A stretch of DNA of 64,000 nucleotides. It comes from an uncultured bacterium (GTDB lineage Bacteria; Zixibacteria; MSB-5A5; GN15; FEB-12). The stretch lies in NCBI GenBank assembly GCA_965372795.1, contig CBDVDR010000009.1, forward strand, positions 32,001 to 96,000. Direction: 5' to 3'. Shown here piece after piece: positions 17,796-27,610 of this stretch; positions within the stretch are counted from its first letter, which is position 1; each line of letters starts with the position of its first letter. The translations under genes were made by a program, and so were the position numbers. The notes beneath the pieces are model-generated. The model was not told the DNA's origin and searched no databases. It was given only the letters and a program-made list of their open reading frames with translations.

Positions 17796-18701
17796 TCAAA
17801 CCTTATTATGATTAGACGAGGCTTTATCCGCCCAAAATGTTATATCTTCTTCATTATCTACTGATAAATATATATTTCCATTACTTCTAGTTGTTAGAAT
17901 TCCCTTAGCTTCGTATATACATTTGTCCGAAAGATTTTTATATTTTATACCATCAGAGTATTGTAAATATTGCGAAGAAACATCTGATGTGTCTTTATCA
18001 AATTCACTAGCTTTTGAAAGAATTGATATTTTCACGTTACCCGTTAAATCAAATAACGTGGATGGAAATCCTGATTTGTGACCATGATGTGGAGCAATAA
18101 GAATATCCAGTCCCTTCTTCATTGTCTCAACAAAGCCTTTGTCATTATTAGCTAACCATTCCCAACCAGCAAATTCTAAATCGCCTCCATATAATACTTT
18201 GATACCTTTAAACTCAAAATATCTCAGTATACTTGAATTATTTTTTATTTTTTCAGAAAGTTTCTCATCTTTTTTTACAACATCCATAGGTATTTTAAAA
18301 GTCTTATGAATATCAAACCCCCAAAGAACTTTCTCTGGATTATTACCTCTATATTTTTTATTTATATATTCTTTATATTCGCCATGAATAGATTCATTTG
18401 TGGGAAATTCTTCATAATCTCGTTTATGCAACAAATAGGGTTCAAATTTTTGTTTCACTTTCTTAGCATTTTTAACATGATCATCATCAGGATGAGTAAT
18501 ATGAAGCAAGGCTAACGGATATATAAATCCATTCTGTGTTCTATACGATTTAATACCTAACCATTTTTTAAGGGTTCTTATCTGATCAATCGGACATTTT
18601 TTTTCACTGTGCGATCCACAATCTACCATCATAGCATACCCACTTGGAGAGGCGATTATGCTACAAGCAGCATTATTAACATCGAAAATTATTATCTTCA
18701 T
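17796..18701 (-). CDS. ComEC/Rec2-like metallo-beta-lactamase-fold hydrolase (putative nuclease or phosphodiesterase)
   Basis: MKIIIFDV..ACS, MVDCG, HITHPDDDHV, NNSS, GGDL, APHHGH, TTRSNG; start set at Met26 of the track ORF, just after the upstream stop. Confidence 0.8.
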   Translation of the reverse strand: MKIIIFDVNNAACSIIASPSGYAMMVDCGSHSEKKCPIDQIRTLKKWLGIKSYRTQNGFIYPLALLHITHPDDDHVKNAKKVKQKFEPYLLHKRDYEEFPTNESIHGEYKEYINKKYRGNNPEKVLWGFDIHKTFKIPMDVVKKDEKLSEKIKNNSSILRYFEFKGIKVLYGGDLEFAGWEWLANNDKGFVETMKKGLDILIAPHHGHKSGFPSTLFDLTGNVKISILSKASEFDKDTSDVSSQYLQYSDGIKYKNLSDKCIYEAKGILTTRSNGNIYLSVDNEEDITFWADKASSNHNKV

Positions 18702-18709
18702 AATCAACG

Positions 18710-19363
18710 CTACTCTTTCAAGTTCAACATAACTGTTTTGAAAACTAACCCCCTGGCAATGCCTCTGCTTCTCCAAAGGAACAACAGGAATACAGCGACA
18801 CTTACCCCACCCAAATAAACATTGTTGTTAATAAACAGTACTATGCTAATGATCATAAAGTCTACCATTATCACACGAGCAAATAAATAGCTTCTATTGG
18901 CAATCTTGACCTCATCTGAATTACTCACATTCGCATAAAGTTTCCAAAAGATTCCTTGTGATATGCTGTTATCCTTCTTTGATCTTCCAATGAATATTGG
19001 CATATCAGAGTAATCAGATTTAATAATTGTGTCATATTCTTCAGAGAGATTCAGCCTGTCAATAATAGCAAGCCTGTTTTGTTCATTCTTGACAACCGGA
19101 TTGTCTTTGTAAAGAAATACTTGAGAAGGTCTTCTGCATCTAAAAAATAAATCAATGACAAATTCAAGCTCATGAGATACTATTTGTAATATTTCACCAG
19201 TTATAAACGCACAACAGAAAAACAGAAATGTATAAAAGACATCCAATTTTGCGTCTAGCAAGGGAGTAATGCTATCCCCGTAAATAAAAAAGAGTGTCGC
19301 AAGTAACAAGCCACCAGGCATTACTCGGGTCATTAGCTCATCTATTGTAAAGTTGCTTATCAT
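18710..19363 (-). CDS. Hypothetical membrane protein, about 4 TM (two hairpins around a soluble core)
   Basis: Hydrophobic segments after VMPGG and near the C-terminus; ends 8 nt upstream of the MBL start. Confidence 0.75.
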   Translation of the reverse strand: MISNFTIDELMTRVMPGGLLLATLFFIYGDSITPLLDAKLDVFYTFLFFCCAFITGEILQIVSHELEFVIDLFFRCRRPSQVFLYKDNPVVKNEQNRLAIIDRLNLSEEYDTIIKSDYSDMPIFIGRSKKDNSISQGIFWKLYANVSNSDEVKIANRSYLFARVIMVDFMIISIVLFINNNVYLGGVSVAVFLLFLWRSRGIARGLVFKTVMLNLKE

Positions 19364-19394
19364 AAATCTCTATCACTATTAGAATTAAATCCAA

Positions 19395-19420
19395 GTTGGG
19401 CAGGGTCCCTGTGATCCTGC
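19395..19420 (+). repeat. Degenerate REP-like hairpin
   Basis: GTTG-GGCAGGGTC-cctgt-GATCCTGC; same loop as the 17707-17733 element. Confidence 0.55.
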
Positions 19421-19573
19421 TATTTTAATTTTTTTCTTTAGTAACTTTTCTACGCACATCAAAGATAACACAATCTTCTATGTTTGTAAAGAATCTTGAG
19501 TATTACAAATTCCCCACCAATTCACTGATGAATCAATTCTTACACCTATTAATAAAAAGAGTAACGGTAAGTT

Positions 19574-19705
19574 ATGTCTAAAACCCCAACCAAAAAAAAC
19601 AAGAAATCACACAATGCGAAAAATCACAGAAAATCCCAAAAACCACGTTTAAAGTACCGTAACATTAAAAGTAACAAAACGAACCCATTTTCACTGTACA
19701 AATAA
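19574..19705 (+). CDS. Possible 43-aa basic peptide
   Basis: Manual translation MSKTPTKKNKKSHNAKNHRKSQKPRLKYRNIKSNKTNPFSLYK*; weak RBS; overlaps a repeat. Confidence 0.25.
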   Translation: MSKTPTKKNKKSHNAKNHRKSQKPRLKYRNIKSNKTNPFSLYK

Positions 19706-19935
19706 TCACCACAATGACTTACAGCGAAAACAAGGGCTATTAAGGATAATCACACAGTTGGCGGCAGAATTCGTAGGGCAGAACCCCGCCTTTGGCGGAC
19801 TATTAGCCTTTAGCGGTTCTGCCAATTTGTCAGGAGCGCAGGGCTCCTGACCTACTCAAACTACAAAACACAAAAGTGAGCAAACGAACCCATTCTCATT
19901 GTACAAAGAATCACCACAATGACTTACAGAGAAAA
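19667..19935. repeat. Two 64-bp direct repeats (19667-19730 and 19872-19935)
   Basis: 57/64 identical by manual alignment; core aaacgaacccatt...tgtacaaa.aatcaccacaatgacttacag. Confidence 0.85.
19773..19855. repeat. Inverted pair of GTAG REP-like hairpins (REPIN-like)
   Basis: GTAG-GGCAGAACC...GGTTCTGCC on + (19773-19823, with nested ccgcctttggcgg) and GTAG-GTCAGGAGC-cctgc-GCTCCTGAC on - (19829-19855). Confidence 0.75.
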
Positions 19936-20050
19936 AATGAAGTATTTGAAAAAAAACATACGATGTATGCCTTAGGAGAAATCACACCGTGTGTGCGCCA
20001 GAATAAACCACACGAAGTGTGCACGAAGTATATCAAAGTGGCAATGCCAC

Positions 20051-20080
20051 AAAAAAGGCACCTCTTTCGAGATGCCTTTT
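20051..20080 (-). terminator. Intrinsic terminator of the tonB operon
   Basis: Minus strand aaggcatctc-gaaa-gaggtgcctt followed by a U-tract. Confidence 0.75.
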
Positions 20081-20143
20081 CATATTTCATATTCCGCTAT
20101 GCGGAATCAATCCCACCGCGTGGGGTCAATCCCATTATATGGG

Positions 20144-20881
20144 TTATCCGTCTGTAAGTTCGAATTCTACCTTATAAGTCACCCAGACCTTGACCGGACG
20201 GCCATTCTGGATACCGGGTTTAAACTTACATTTATAAGCCGCTTTAACAGCCGATTCATCAAGAGAGGTTACGCCGGATGTTTTTCCAACGATAGCTTTC
20301 ATGACTTCACCCTCTTCATCAATCAGCGCACTGACCCAGACCAAACCGGTAATACCGGCTTGCTTTGCCAGACGAGGATATTTCGGAGTATGCTGATAAA
20401 TCATTTCCGGATAAATTTCTACCGGCACAAAATCGGTCGGCGACGGAAGAAATTCATCATCACCAATATCAACCACAATATCGCCGTCCCCATCAGACGC
20501 TTGAATATCCGGGGCAACGATCTCAGCCAGATCTTCACGAGATGCAATAACAACATCATCATCAAGAACCTCATCATCAGCCACCGGTTTTGGAATACCT
20601 ACTTTCGGCATTGCCACATTCGGCTGACTGACCTGAACCTGAGGCGGTCTTTTTGAAACACTGGGAGGTGGTCCCAGATCGGCAACAGTTTTAATAACCA
20701 CTGCCTGAGCAATAAATTCGTCGTCTCCACCTACTGAGCTTACAATCCATGAGACAAGCAAAATAGAAAAAACCAAAGCCAGTGTAAATACGGTTCCAAG
20801 CAGGAAATTTCGCTGGTATTTTGATTTTAGCTCAAACGCTCCATAGGGCGAGTAGATGGCACTTTCATGTAGACCTGCCAT
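20144..20881 (-). CDS. tonB: TonB family energy transducer
   Basis: YGAFELK, single TM, Pro-rich linker, PKYPRLAKQAGITGLV..FKPGIQNGRPVKVW C-terminal domain. Confidence 0.9.
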   Translation of the reverse strand: MAGLHESAIYSPYGAFELKSKYQRNFLLGTVFTLALVFSILLVSWIVSSVGGDDEFIAQAVVIKTVADLGPPPSVSKRPPQVQVSQPNVAMPKVGIPKPVADDEVLDDDVVIASREDLAEIVAPDIQASDGDGDIVVDIGDDEFLPSPTDFVPVEIYPEMIYQHTPKYPRLAKQAGITGLVWVSALIDEEGEVMKAIVGKTSGVTSLDESAVKAAYKCKFKPGIQNGRPVKVWVTYKVEFELTDG

Positions 20882-21531
20882 TATAGTTCACCTCTTCCTA
20901 CAGCTTCGCTTACAGCAGCTTCCATAATTTTATCATCTCTATCTTCCCAATCGCCAATTGCATAACGGTAAGAGAATTTTTCATCTCTAGTAAGGTCTTC
21001 AACTTTTTTATCAAGTTGTTCAGCGGTAAACGCATTCCAGGACCGCTCAATCAGATCAATCTCATCAAGAATATTCACCATATCAGCATAAGTTGCCTCA
21101 CGGTGAATTAGAACCAGAGTATTCAGTTTGCTGTTTTCGCGATTCTGATGGGTTAAAAGTCCCTGAAGAGTATCAGACCATAACAAATATGCAACTGTAT
21201 CCGGTGTTTCCGGACTTTTGGGAAGTAACAGAGGAAGATTTTCAGGAGTCGGAGTTTTCAGATTCCACCAGAAACGGCTCTCTCCGTCGACACGGATACT
21301 GAGCAGATTGGATTCTTTAACTTCAACTTCTTCTTCCTGATCTTTCGGGGGCAAATTGATTTCCATTGCCTGCGGCATGGAGAACACCGTTGACACCATA
21401 TAGAAAATTAACAATAAAAATGCGATATCGACCATAGGGGTCATATCAATTTTAATTGAGATTCTTCGTTTAGGTCGCCGAAGTCCTTTTTTACCTGGCT
21501 TTGGAGCCCGTTGTGCTACATCACCTGCCAT
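20881..21531 (-). CDS. exbD: ExbD/TolR family protein
   Basis: IDMTPMVDIAFLLLIFYM. Confidence 0.9.
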   Translation of the reverse strand: MAGDVAQRAPKPGKKGLRRPKRRISIKIDMTPMVDIAFLLLIFYMVSTVFSMPQAMEINLPPKDQEEEVEVKESNLLSIRVDGESRFWWNLKTPTPENLPLLLPKSPETPDTVAYLLWSDTLQGLLTHQNRENSKLNTLVLIHREATYADMVNILDEIDLIERSWNAFTAEQLDKKVEDLTRDEKFSYRYAIGDWEDRDDKIMEAAVSEAVGRGEL

Positions 21532-21606
21532 TTATTTTAGTTACTCCTTATCAACATTTTACTGTCAATAGTTATACGTATTAACTATTGCCTTCGTCGT
21601 TAAAAA

Positions 21607-22077
21607 CTACGCCTCAACTTCATTATCAGTAATAATCAGGAATCTTTCGAGGTGGTTTTCCTGCATCGAAGACATAACATCTTTCATTATTCCAAAACTT
21701 GCTCGTCTATCAGCTTTAATCACAATTAAAGCTTTTCTATTTATGGCTCGAGCTTTGTTGATTGCTGTAGGCATATCATATTTATTTACAGTCAACACTT
21801 TACGGCCGACTGTCGGAATTTCTTTACCATCAATTATGATGGTTGTCTTAATAACATAATCGACATAAATCGAGTCATATTTTGTGACAGTAATATTAAT
21901 AATATCCTTAGCCGGCAACTCAATCATAGAATGCGACTGCGGTAGTTCCACCGCACGAGCCTCCGGTGGTTTAAACGTAGTCGTAGCCATATAGAAAATC
22001 AACAGCAGAAATGCGATATCAACCATCGGGGTCATATCGATTACGATAGATACGCGCCGTTTTTTCTTAGTTGCCAT
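21607..22077 (-). CDS. exbD: ExbD/TolR family protein
   Basis: IDMTPMVDIAFLLLIFYM, IKAD. Confidence 0.9.
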   Translation of the reverse strand: MATKKKRRVSIVIDMTPMVDIAFLLLIFYMATTTFKPPEARAVELPQSHSMIELPAKDIINITVTKYDSIYVDYVIKTTIIIDGKEIPTVGRKVLTVNKYDMPTAINKARAINRKALIVIKADRRASFGIMKDVMSSMQENHLERFLIITDNEVEA

Positions 22078-22081
22078 AGTA

Positions 22082-22840
22082 TTAGATTCCTTGCTTATCT
22101 TTCAAAATCTGGAGAACTTCAAAAGTGGCTTCATCAGTAGTATAGTTGAAAGCATCAACTTTGTTAACGAAGAAGTTGTAGAAGAAAATACCCACAATAC
22201 CTGACAGAAGACCACCGGCTGTATTAACCAGAGCTTCAGAAATACCGGTTGCTAAAGCAGTAGCATCAATGACACCGCCTTCAACATTACCAGTAGCAGC
22301 AAAGGCACGAATCATACCAATAGTAGTTCCTAAAAGACCAACCATGGTAGCAATAGATGCAATAGTTGAAAGAGCGATCAAGTTACGTTCAAGTAATGGT
22401 CCCTCTAAAGCATTAGCTTCTTCAATCGCAGTCTGAGTCAAAGCAATTTTCTTTTCAGCATCATAGTTATTATTATCTTTTACTTCGCGAAAGCGTTCAA
22501 TACCGGCACGAAGGACATTAGCAGTTGTACCGCGCTGTTTATCACAAGCAGCCAAAGCACCATCAAGATCATCGCCGTTGATCAGAGTTATAACCTTTTT
22601 GAAGAAAACCTGAACGGAGCTTTTGCCTTTAGCAACGCCGTATAGTGAAAGATAGCGTTCTACGACAAAAACGAGCAGCATAATAAAAATCTGGATAAGT
22701 AGAACAACAAGAGGTCCACCCTGATAAATTGAGTGGATAATAGCATTCTCAGAAGTTCTGAAAACACCATACCAAAGACCAAAACCGATTGCAAATGCCA
22801 CAATAGCATTCAACGTGACAAAGAGAGTTTGTTTAAGCAC
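22082..22840 (-). CDS. exbB: ExbB/TolQ/MotA proton channel protein
   Basis: ATMVGLLGTTIGMIRAF, GISEALVNTAGGL. Confidence 0.92.
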   Translation of the reverse strand: MLKQTLFVTLNAIVAFAIGFGLWYGVFRTSENAIIHSIYQGGPLVVLLIQIFIMLLVFVVERYLSLYGVAKGKSSVQVFFKKVITLINGDDLDGALAACDKQRGTTANVLRAGIERFREVKDNNNYDAEKKIALTQTAIEEANALEGPLLERNLIALSTIASIATMVGLLGTTIGMIRAFAATGNVEGGVIDATALATGISEALVNTAGGLLSGIVGIFFYNFFVNKVDAFNYTTDEATFEVLQILKDKQGI

Positions 22841-22871
22841 TTAACAATTCCTCCAACCTATTTTATTAAAA

Positions 22872-23855
22872 TTAAATTTCAACACCTTTAACAGCAACCA
22901 ATACAAATCCAGCCATAGATACAAAGACACCCCAGGATAAAGTTCCCAAAAATGCCCCAGGTCCGTAGCTGCTGCCAATACTTTGATATACCGAAACTGC
23001 ATCAAAACTGTATTCCGCTCCTATAAAAGAAAGAGATAGTGCCGCTACAAAAATCAACACCGGAATCCAGTTCAATTTTACAATTTTCTTTAAAAACAAA
23101 GCTTTTTCATCATCAGTCCCCTTACCCCCATACAAGCCGAACATTGTGTAAGCCGGAAGACCTATACAAAGAATCGTGTAGACCAATAACAGAGCGGCTG
23201 ATAACATCAGAATAAATCCCGATGAAAACACCATTCCTCCAACAGAACCCAATGAGACAATTGAACCTATGCCGGTAAGCTGGTCATATTCACGATTGAT
23301 TTTTTTCTTGGCAACATAAGAGTGAAGGATTTCTTCACTGGTACCTTCATTGGAAATAGGGTCTATTTCCCCAGCAATAGTTTCACCTTCAATTGCATCA
23401 GTAACTGCTGTATCACCTTCAATAACTTCTGTTGAAGCACCATCCTGTGCCACAGCATCCTCAACTCCCGCAATTGCCAATGAATCTACAAGAGAATCAC
23501 CGAGCACAGCCTGAGTTGATTCTACATTAGAAGTTACCGGAGTGACCTCTTCAATAATTTCATTGTATGCAGAATACCAAGGTAAAAACAGGGCCGCAAT
23601 AATTATTACACAAGTAATAGTCATCACTATTCTGTCACCGAATGAAACCCTTTCACCGGTTAAGGTGCAAGCTTCACGGATAATTTCGCCCTTTGCTCTT
23701 TTTTCCAATACCGACTTAATCAGCTTTTCTTTTTCAGCATCAGATTTAAACAAATCTTTTGGTTTTCCAGGATGTACTTCAAAACCGATATAACTAAATC
23801 GTTCTTTCTCCGTAATCCTCTTTATGGAGCCAACCTTTTTTTCTTCATCTGCCAT
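22872..23855 (-). CDS. Hypothetical membrane protein in the exb/tonB operon
   Basis: Several TM segments (ALFLPWY.., C-terminal helices) with an acidic loop; operonic spacing. Confidence 0.75.
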   Translation of the reverse strand: MADEEKKVGSIKRITEKERFSYIGFEVHPGKPKDLFKSDAEKEKLIKSVLEKRAKGEIIREACTLTGERVSFGDRIVMTITCVIIIAALFLPWYSAYNEIIEEVTPVTSNVESTQAVLGDSLVDSLAIAGVEDAVAQDGASTEVIEGDTAVTDAIEGETIAGEIDPISNEGTSEEILHSYVAKKKINREYDQLTGIGSIVSLGSVGGMVFSSGFILMLSAALLLVYTILCIGLPAYTMFGLYGGKGTDDEKALFLKKIVKLNWIPVLIFVAALSLSFIGAEYSFDAVSVYQSIGSSYGPGAFLGTLSWGVFVSMAGFVLVAVKGVEI

Positions 23856-23877
23856 TCAGACTCCCAAACTTCAATTA

Positions 23878-25812
23878 TTATTTATTAGTATCATCAAAAA
23901 ATTCAAACCTAGTATCATCCTGACCTTTTTTGGCCTGTTCATTAGTAGTATCACACTTTAACACTTTGCCGTACCAGTTATAGGCGTTTTTGAAATCATC
24001 ATTCGCATCCTGTTTGTCATTCGCTTTAGCAGCGGCACGAAGATGATAACACTGAGCAACCCATAAAGTCAAATCGACATCGTTACATTTACCTCCGTCT
24101 GAGGTAGTGCAAGTATATGCATCTTTTAAATATTTAAGAGCAAGACCATAATTTTTGTCACAGATACCGCCAAAATAAGAATATCCAATAGCTTTTTTTG
24201 CATCACAATTATCAGGTTCAATATCGAGAAGTTTTTTATAATATTCTACACCGTTGGTACAATCGAATAAATTTCTTAAATAATTATCAGAGATAAGAAG
24301 CAAAACTTTTGTATCCGACGGGAAGTAAACGAGATATTGCTTATAATAATCTATTGCAACTTCAAAATAATTTATGTCAGGATCAATACCACCGGTTCCA
24401 ATCTCACCATCTTCTTCAAGATCTTCTTCAAGTTCCAAATCATCACCCTCAGAAGCATTATTGGCGATGCTCAAGGCACACGAACCGGCATTTTTTAAGA
24501 TCAAAGCGGAAGTGGAATCAATACCAATTTCAATTCTCTTGTTATAATATTCAAGAGCCTGTGCGTAGCTTTTCATATTATGATAAGCAAGAGCCATGCT
24601 CTGGACAAGACGCTTCTGATCAGGTCTCTCTTTTAAAGATATCGTATAATATTTTGTTGCAGAGGCAAAATCTTTATTCGGTTTACGATAGTAATAAGAG
24701 TCACCCAACAGGCGGTATAATTCCGAACCTCTAATTTTATTTTTATAATTTCCATCTTGCTGTGCAACCCAATCAATATGCTTTAATAACATATCAGCTG
24801 CTTTAACATAATCTTTTATGCCCCACAATGATTTGCCGTAATAGAAATAAATATCACGGGGCTCATACGGAATTGCAAGAACCTGATCGAAATAAGAGGC
24901 AGCATCTTCAAAACCATTGATATTTGCATATGACATTGCTGTCTCAAAATATACTCGTACATAATTTGAATCAGCTTTTACATCGGCTAATTCAAGGAAT
25001 TTTTTATAGGAACCAATAGCATCAATAAACCTGCTTTTGCGTTCTTCACGTGACCGGGAAGACATCGCCGCTTTAAAATAAATCCCTCCGGCACGCATCC
25101 AGGCTTGTGCATGGGTGCTGTCTTTGGTTAAAACAACTCTAAGTTTTTCAATAGCACAATTGTAGTCTTTCATCTCAAGACATGCTTCAGCCCAATGGAA
25201 ATAGACTTCCTTAGATGCCGTATCAACTGCAAGAGCTTTTTTATATTCGCTGATTGCTAAAGATGGAATGCCCTGAAAAAAATTGGCATCACCCAAATTA
25301 ATATGAAATTCGGCGTTATCCTTGTCGCCTATCAGAGCAGCTCGGAAGGCTCTGTCAGCATCAACATATTCCCCTTTTTCCAACAGAATAAGCCCCATGC
25401 CATTTTCAAACTTATATTTCTCTTTTTTTGCTTTTTTTCTGCCCTGCAAAAAAACTTTCTCAGCCTCATCAATGTCACCAAGCTCTAATAGACATAACCC
25501 AGCATAGTATTGAGAATCAAAATGTTTTTTCTTTTTCTTAGCCGATTTCTGAAAATTTTCAAGGGCTTTTTCATAATCATACTGAGCATAATAAATCTGA
25601 CCGAGAGCGTAATAATTATAGTAATATCCTTCATCGACAGCTATCTCTTTATTTATTAATCCGATCGCTTTAGTTGTATCACCGGAATTCAAAGCTGCAA
25701 CAATATTAGCTTTTAATTCTACTGAATTTACAGACGACATGATACTCAATGATAGGAAACAAACGACGGCTAGAGAAAGCCAAATTTTTCTGCTGCTTTT
25801 TTTCAAACTCAT
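23878..25812 (-). CDS. Exported tetratricopeptide-repeat protein
   Basis: Signal peptide from MSLKKSSRK; many TPR helices (YYALGQIYY..YEKALENF, NLGDANF..AISEYKKAL). Confidence 0.88.
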   Translation of the reverse strand: MSLKKSSRKIWLSLAVVCFLSLSIMSSVNSVELKANIVAALNSGDTTKAIGLINKEIAVDEGYYYNYYALGQIYYAQYDYEKALENFQKSAKKKKKHFDSQYYAGLCLLELGDIDEAEKVFLQGRKKAKKEKYKFENGMGLILLEKGEYVDADRAFRAALIGDKDNAEFHINLGDANFFQGIPSLAISEYKKALAVDTASKEVYFHWAEACLEMKDYNCAIEKLRVVLTKDSTHAQAWMRAGGIYFKAAMSSRSREERKSRFIDAIGSYKKFLELADVKADSNYVRVYFETAMSYANINGFEDAASYFDQVLAIPYEPRDIYFYYGKSLWGIKDYVKAADMLLKHIDWVAQQDGNYKNKIRGSELYRLLGDSYYYRKPNKDFASATKYYTISLKERPDQKRLVQSMALAYHNMKSYAQALEYYNKRIEIGIDSTSALILKNAGSCALSIANNASEGDDLELEEDLEEDGEIGTGGIDPDINYFEVAIDYYKQYLVYFPSDTKVLLLISDNYLRNLFDCTNGVEYYKKLLDIEPDNCDAKKAIGYSYFGGICDKNYGLALKYLKDAYTCTTSDGGKCNDVDLTLWVAQCYHLRAAAKANDKQDANDDFKNAYNWYGKVLKCDTTNEQAKKGQDDTRFEFFDDTNK

Positions 25813-25873
25813 AATCCTTATGCTTTTTTTCACAGTTAGGCAAATTATAGAGAAATCACTCAAAGTCAAGCAT

Positions 25874-26119
25874 TTATTTAGCGTTTAACCCCTTGCTCCA
25901 AGCAATTATACTCTCATTTAACTTTTTAATTTCACCGGCAGATTGAATTAATAAGATTACAATCGCCAGCAAAGTTAACATTATTTGAACGCTCAATGTC
26001 AACATATGTCCAAATCTTATTTGAACATAAATTAAAGCAATTGTTAAAATTATAGCACTTAGTAAATTTAATACCCGTGTAACCACTTTAACAATTATAA
26101 TGTTCTGATTATTATACAA
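25874..26119 (-). CDS. Small two-TM hypothetical protein
   Basis: GGAGG RBS before TTG start; two hydrophobic helices. Confidence 0.6.
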   Translation of the reverse strand: MYNNQNIIIVKVVTRVLNLLSAIILTIALIYVQIRFGHMLTLSVQIMLTLLAIVILLIQSAGEIKKLNESIIAWSKGLNAK

Positions 26120-26376
26120 ACGATTCCTCCAAATCTTCCCAGGATGTCCTTGTTTAATATAATTATCACAACATCCGTGCCAATTATGCCTCCATCTTGT
26201 TTTGTAATCGTTATTTTATTGTTATTGAATACCTTATAGAATAATTATTGGAAATGTTTCACTCTTTCCAATAATTGACATTACGCAGTTATTGCGTATA
26301 GAATTAGTCGCACTGAAAATGGAGATCGTAAGTCTTAGTGGATAAATGCCTTAAGCGAGCCCAAGAAGCGCATTTA

Positions 26377-27492
26377 TTAATCCTTTAAAATTTTGATTCG
26401 TATATATCCACTATTTTGAAGAATAAAATTTGCCAGGACTTTTGTTTCTACGGGATGGCCACTATAATCCAGAGCCGGATAAAACCTCTTATTTTTGATC
26501 ATTTGGAAAATTGGTTTTCGGTTTCTTTTCTTCATTTTACTGAATCGTGAGATTTTTGCTTTTCCGGAAGTATCTACGGAGAATAAAATCAAGACCGAAT
26601 CCTTAGATATGTTTCTTGAAGCGGAGAGAAAATTATCGGGAGAAATAAATGCCGGAATTGGCTCCTGTAAATTACCCACTGTATCCGGGATAAGCTTTAA
26701 TTGCAGATTGTGATAATATGAATCCCCATCCTTATTTGACGGATACCACGGGATGGTGGGATAGTTTACATATGGAAAAAAAGAAACAATCAAATAATTT
26801 TCAGATGCAACCGGCTGGTTATCAATAAATGCGGGTTTAAATTTTGCCCATTGAATGGCTGATTGAAGCTGAACATCGTATTGACTATATGTTGAAGATA
26901 TTTTTTTGATTTCTACTGGATTTCCTGTTTCATCTATATTCACTTTAAACAATATAAAGGGATTGGCTGTCAAGCTATCGTTTGGCTCCAAATCACAATA
27001 ATAGGTAGGGAAAAAATCTAATTTTGCAAATTCAACCTGAATTGAATCAAAAGCAGAGAAGTAAAGGGCTCTGTTAAATATTTTACGGGCGGTATCGATA
27101 GGAAAGTAAACTTCCGGGAAAATCACTTTTTTTTCAAATCGAAGAATACAAGGCAGTAAGAAAGCTACTTTCTTGCCATCTTTTTTTGCAGCCTCAAATT
27201 TTACAGACATCAAATTATCTCTAAAATAATCGACATAGGCTAAATCCTGTACTGTTTCAGGAGTTATTTTTTTAATCTTCCCCTTCTTATCTATAGTAAG
27301 ATGCACCTTCACATCGTAAATACCATCAACAATTGCAAGCCACCGTTTAGCCGGCTTAAACTTAAATGGTTTAGGAATCGGCAATTGCCAACCAAATAAT
27401 TCGGGGCGATCCTTGGCAAAGGTTGATAAGGGGAAACAAACTAAGACTATTAAAATTAATAATTTTCTCATAAACACTTTTGGTCTCATCAT
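26377..27492 (-). CDS. Exported protein with repeated TonB-C-terminal-like domains
   Basis: Signal peptide; three repeats of 'V...ID..G...F.(P/A)A..G..V'. Confidence 0.6.
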   Translation of the reverse strand: MMRPKVFMRKLLILIVLVCFPLSTFAKDRPELFGWQLPIPKPFKFKPAKRWLAIVDGIYDVKVHLTIDKKGKIKKITPETVQDLAYVDYFRDNLMSVKFEAAKKDGKKVAFLLPCILRFEKKVIFPEVYFPIDTARKIFNRALYFSAFDSIQVEFAKLDFFPTYYCDLEPNDSLTANPFILFKVNIDETGNPVEIKKISSTYSQYDVQLQSAIQWAKFKPAFIDNQPVASENYLIVSFFPYVNYPTIPWYPSNKDGDSYYHNLQLKLIPDTVGNLQEPIPAFISPDNFLSASRNISKDSVLILFSVDTSGKAKISRFSKMKKRNRKPIFQMIKNKRFYPALDYSGHPVETKVLANFILQNSGYIRIKILKD

Positions 27493-27610
27493 TATTTCTT
27501 ATTAAACAATAATAAAAGAGAGTGGCTTCACAAAAAACTAAAATTTTCAACTTGTTATAATTTGACTACGTTTGTAAAATACAAGAGATCATTTAAACGA
27601 GTTTAATATT

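Noticed and set aside
17674..19855. Cassette considered as an integron array or IS element
   Set aside because: No integrase or transposase, no convincing attC core sites and no terminal inverted repeats with target duplication seen
17113..19935. Repeats considered as a CRISPR array
   Set aside because: Only 2-3 copies per family, irregular spacing and no cas genes in the window
19876..20656. + strand ORFs 19876..20157 and 19991..20656
   Set aside because: They run through repeats and a terminator and lie antisense to tonB; no recognisable motifs
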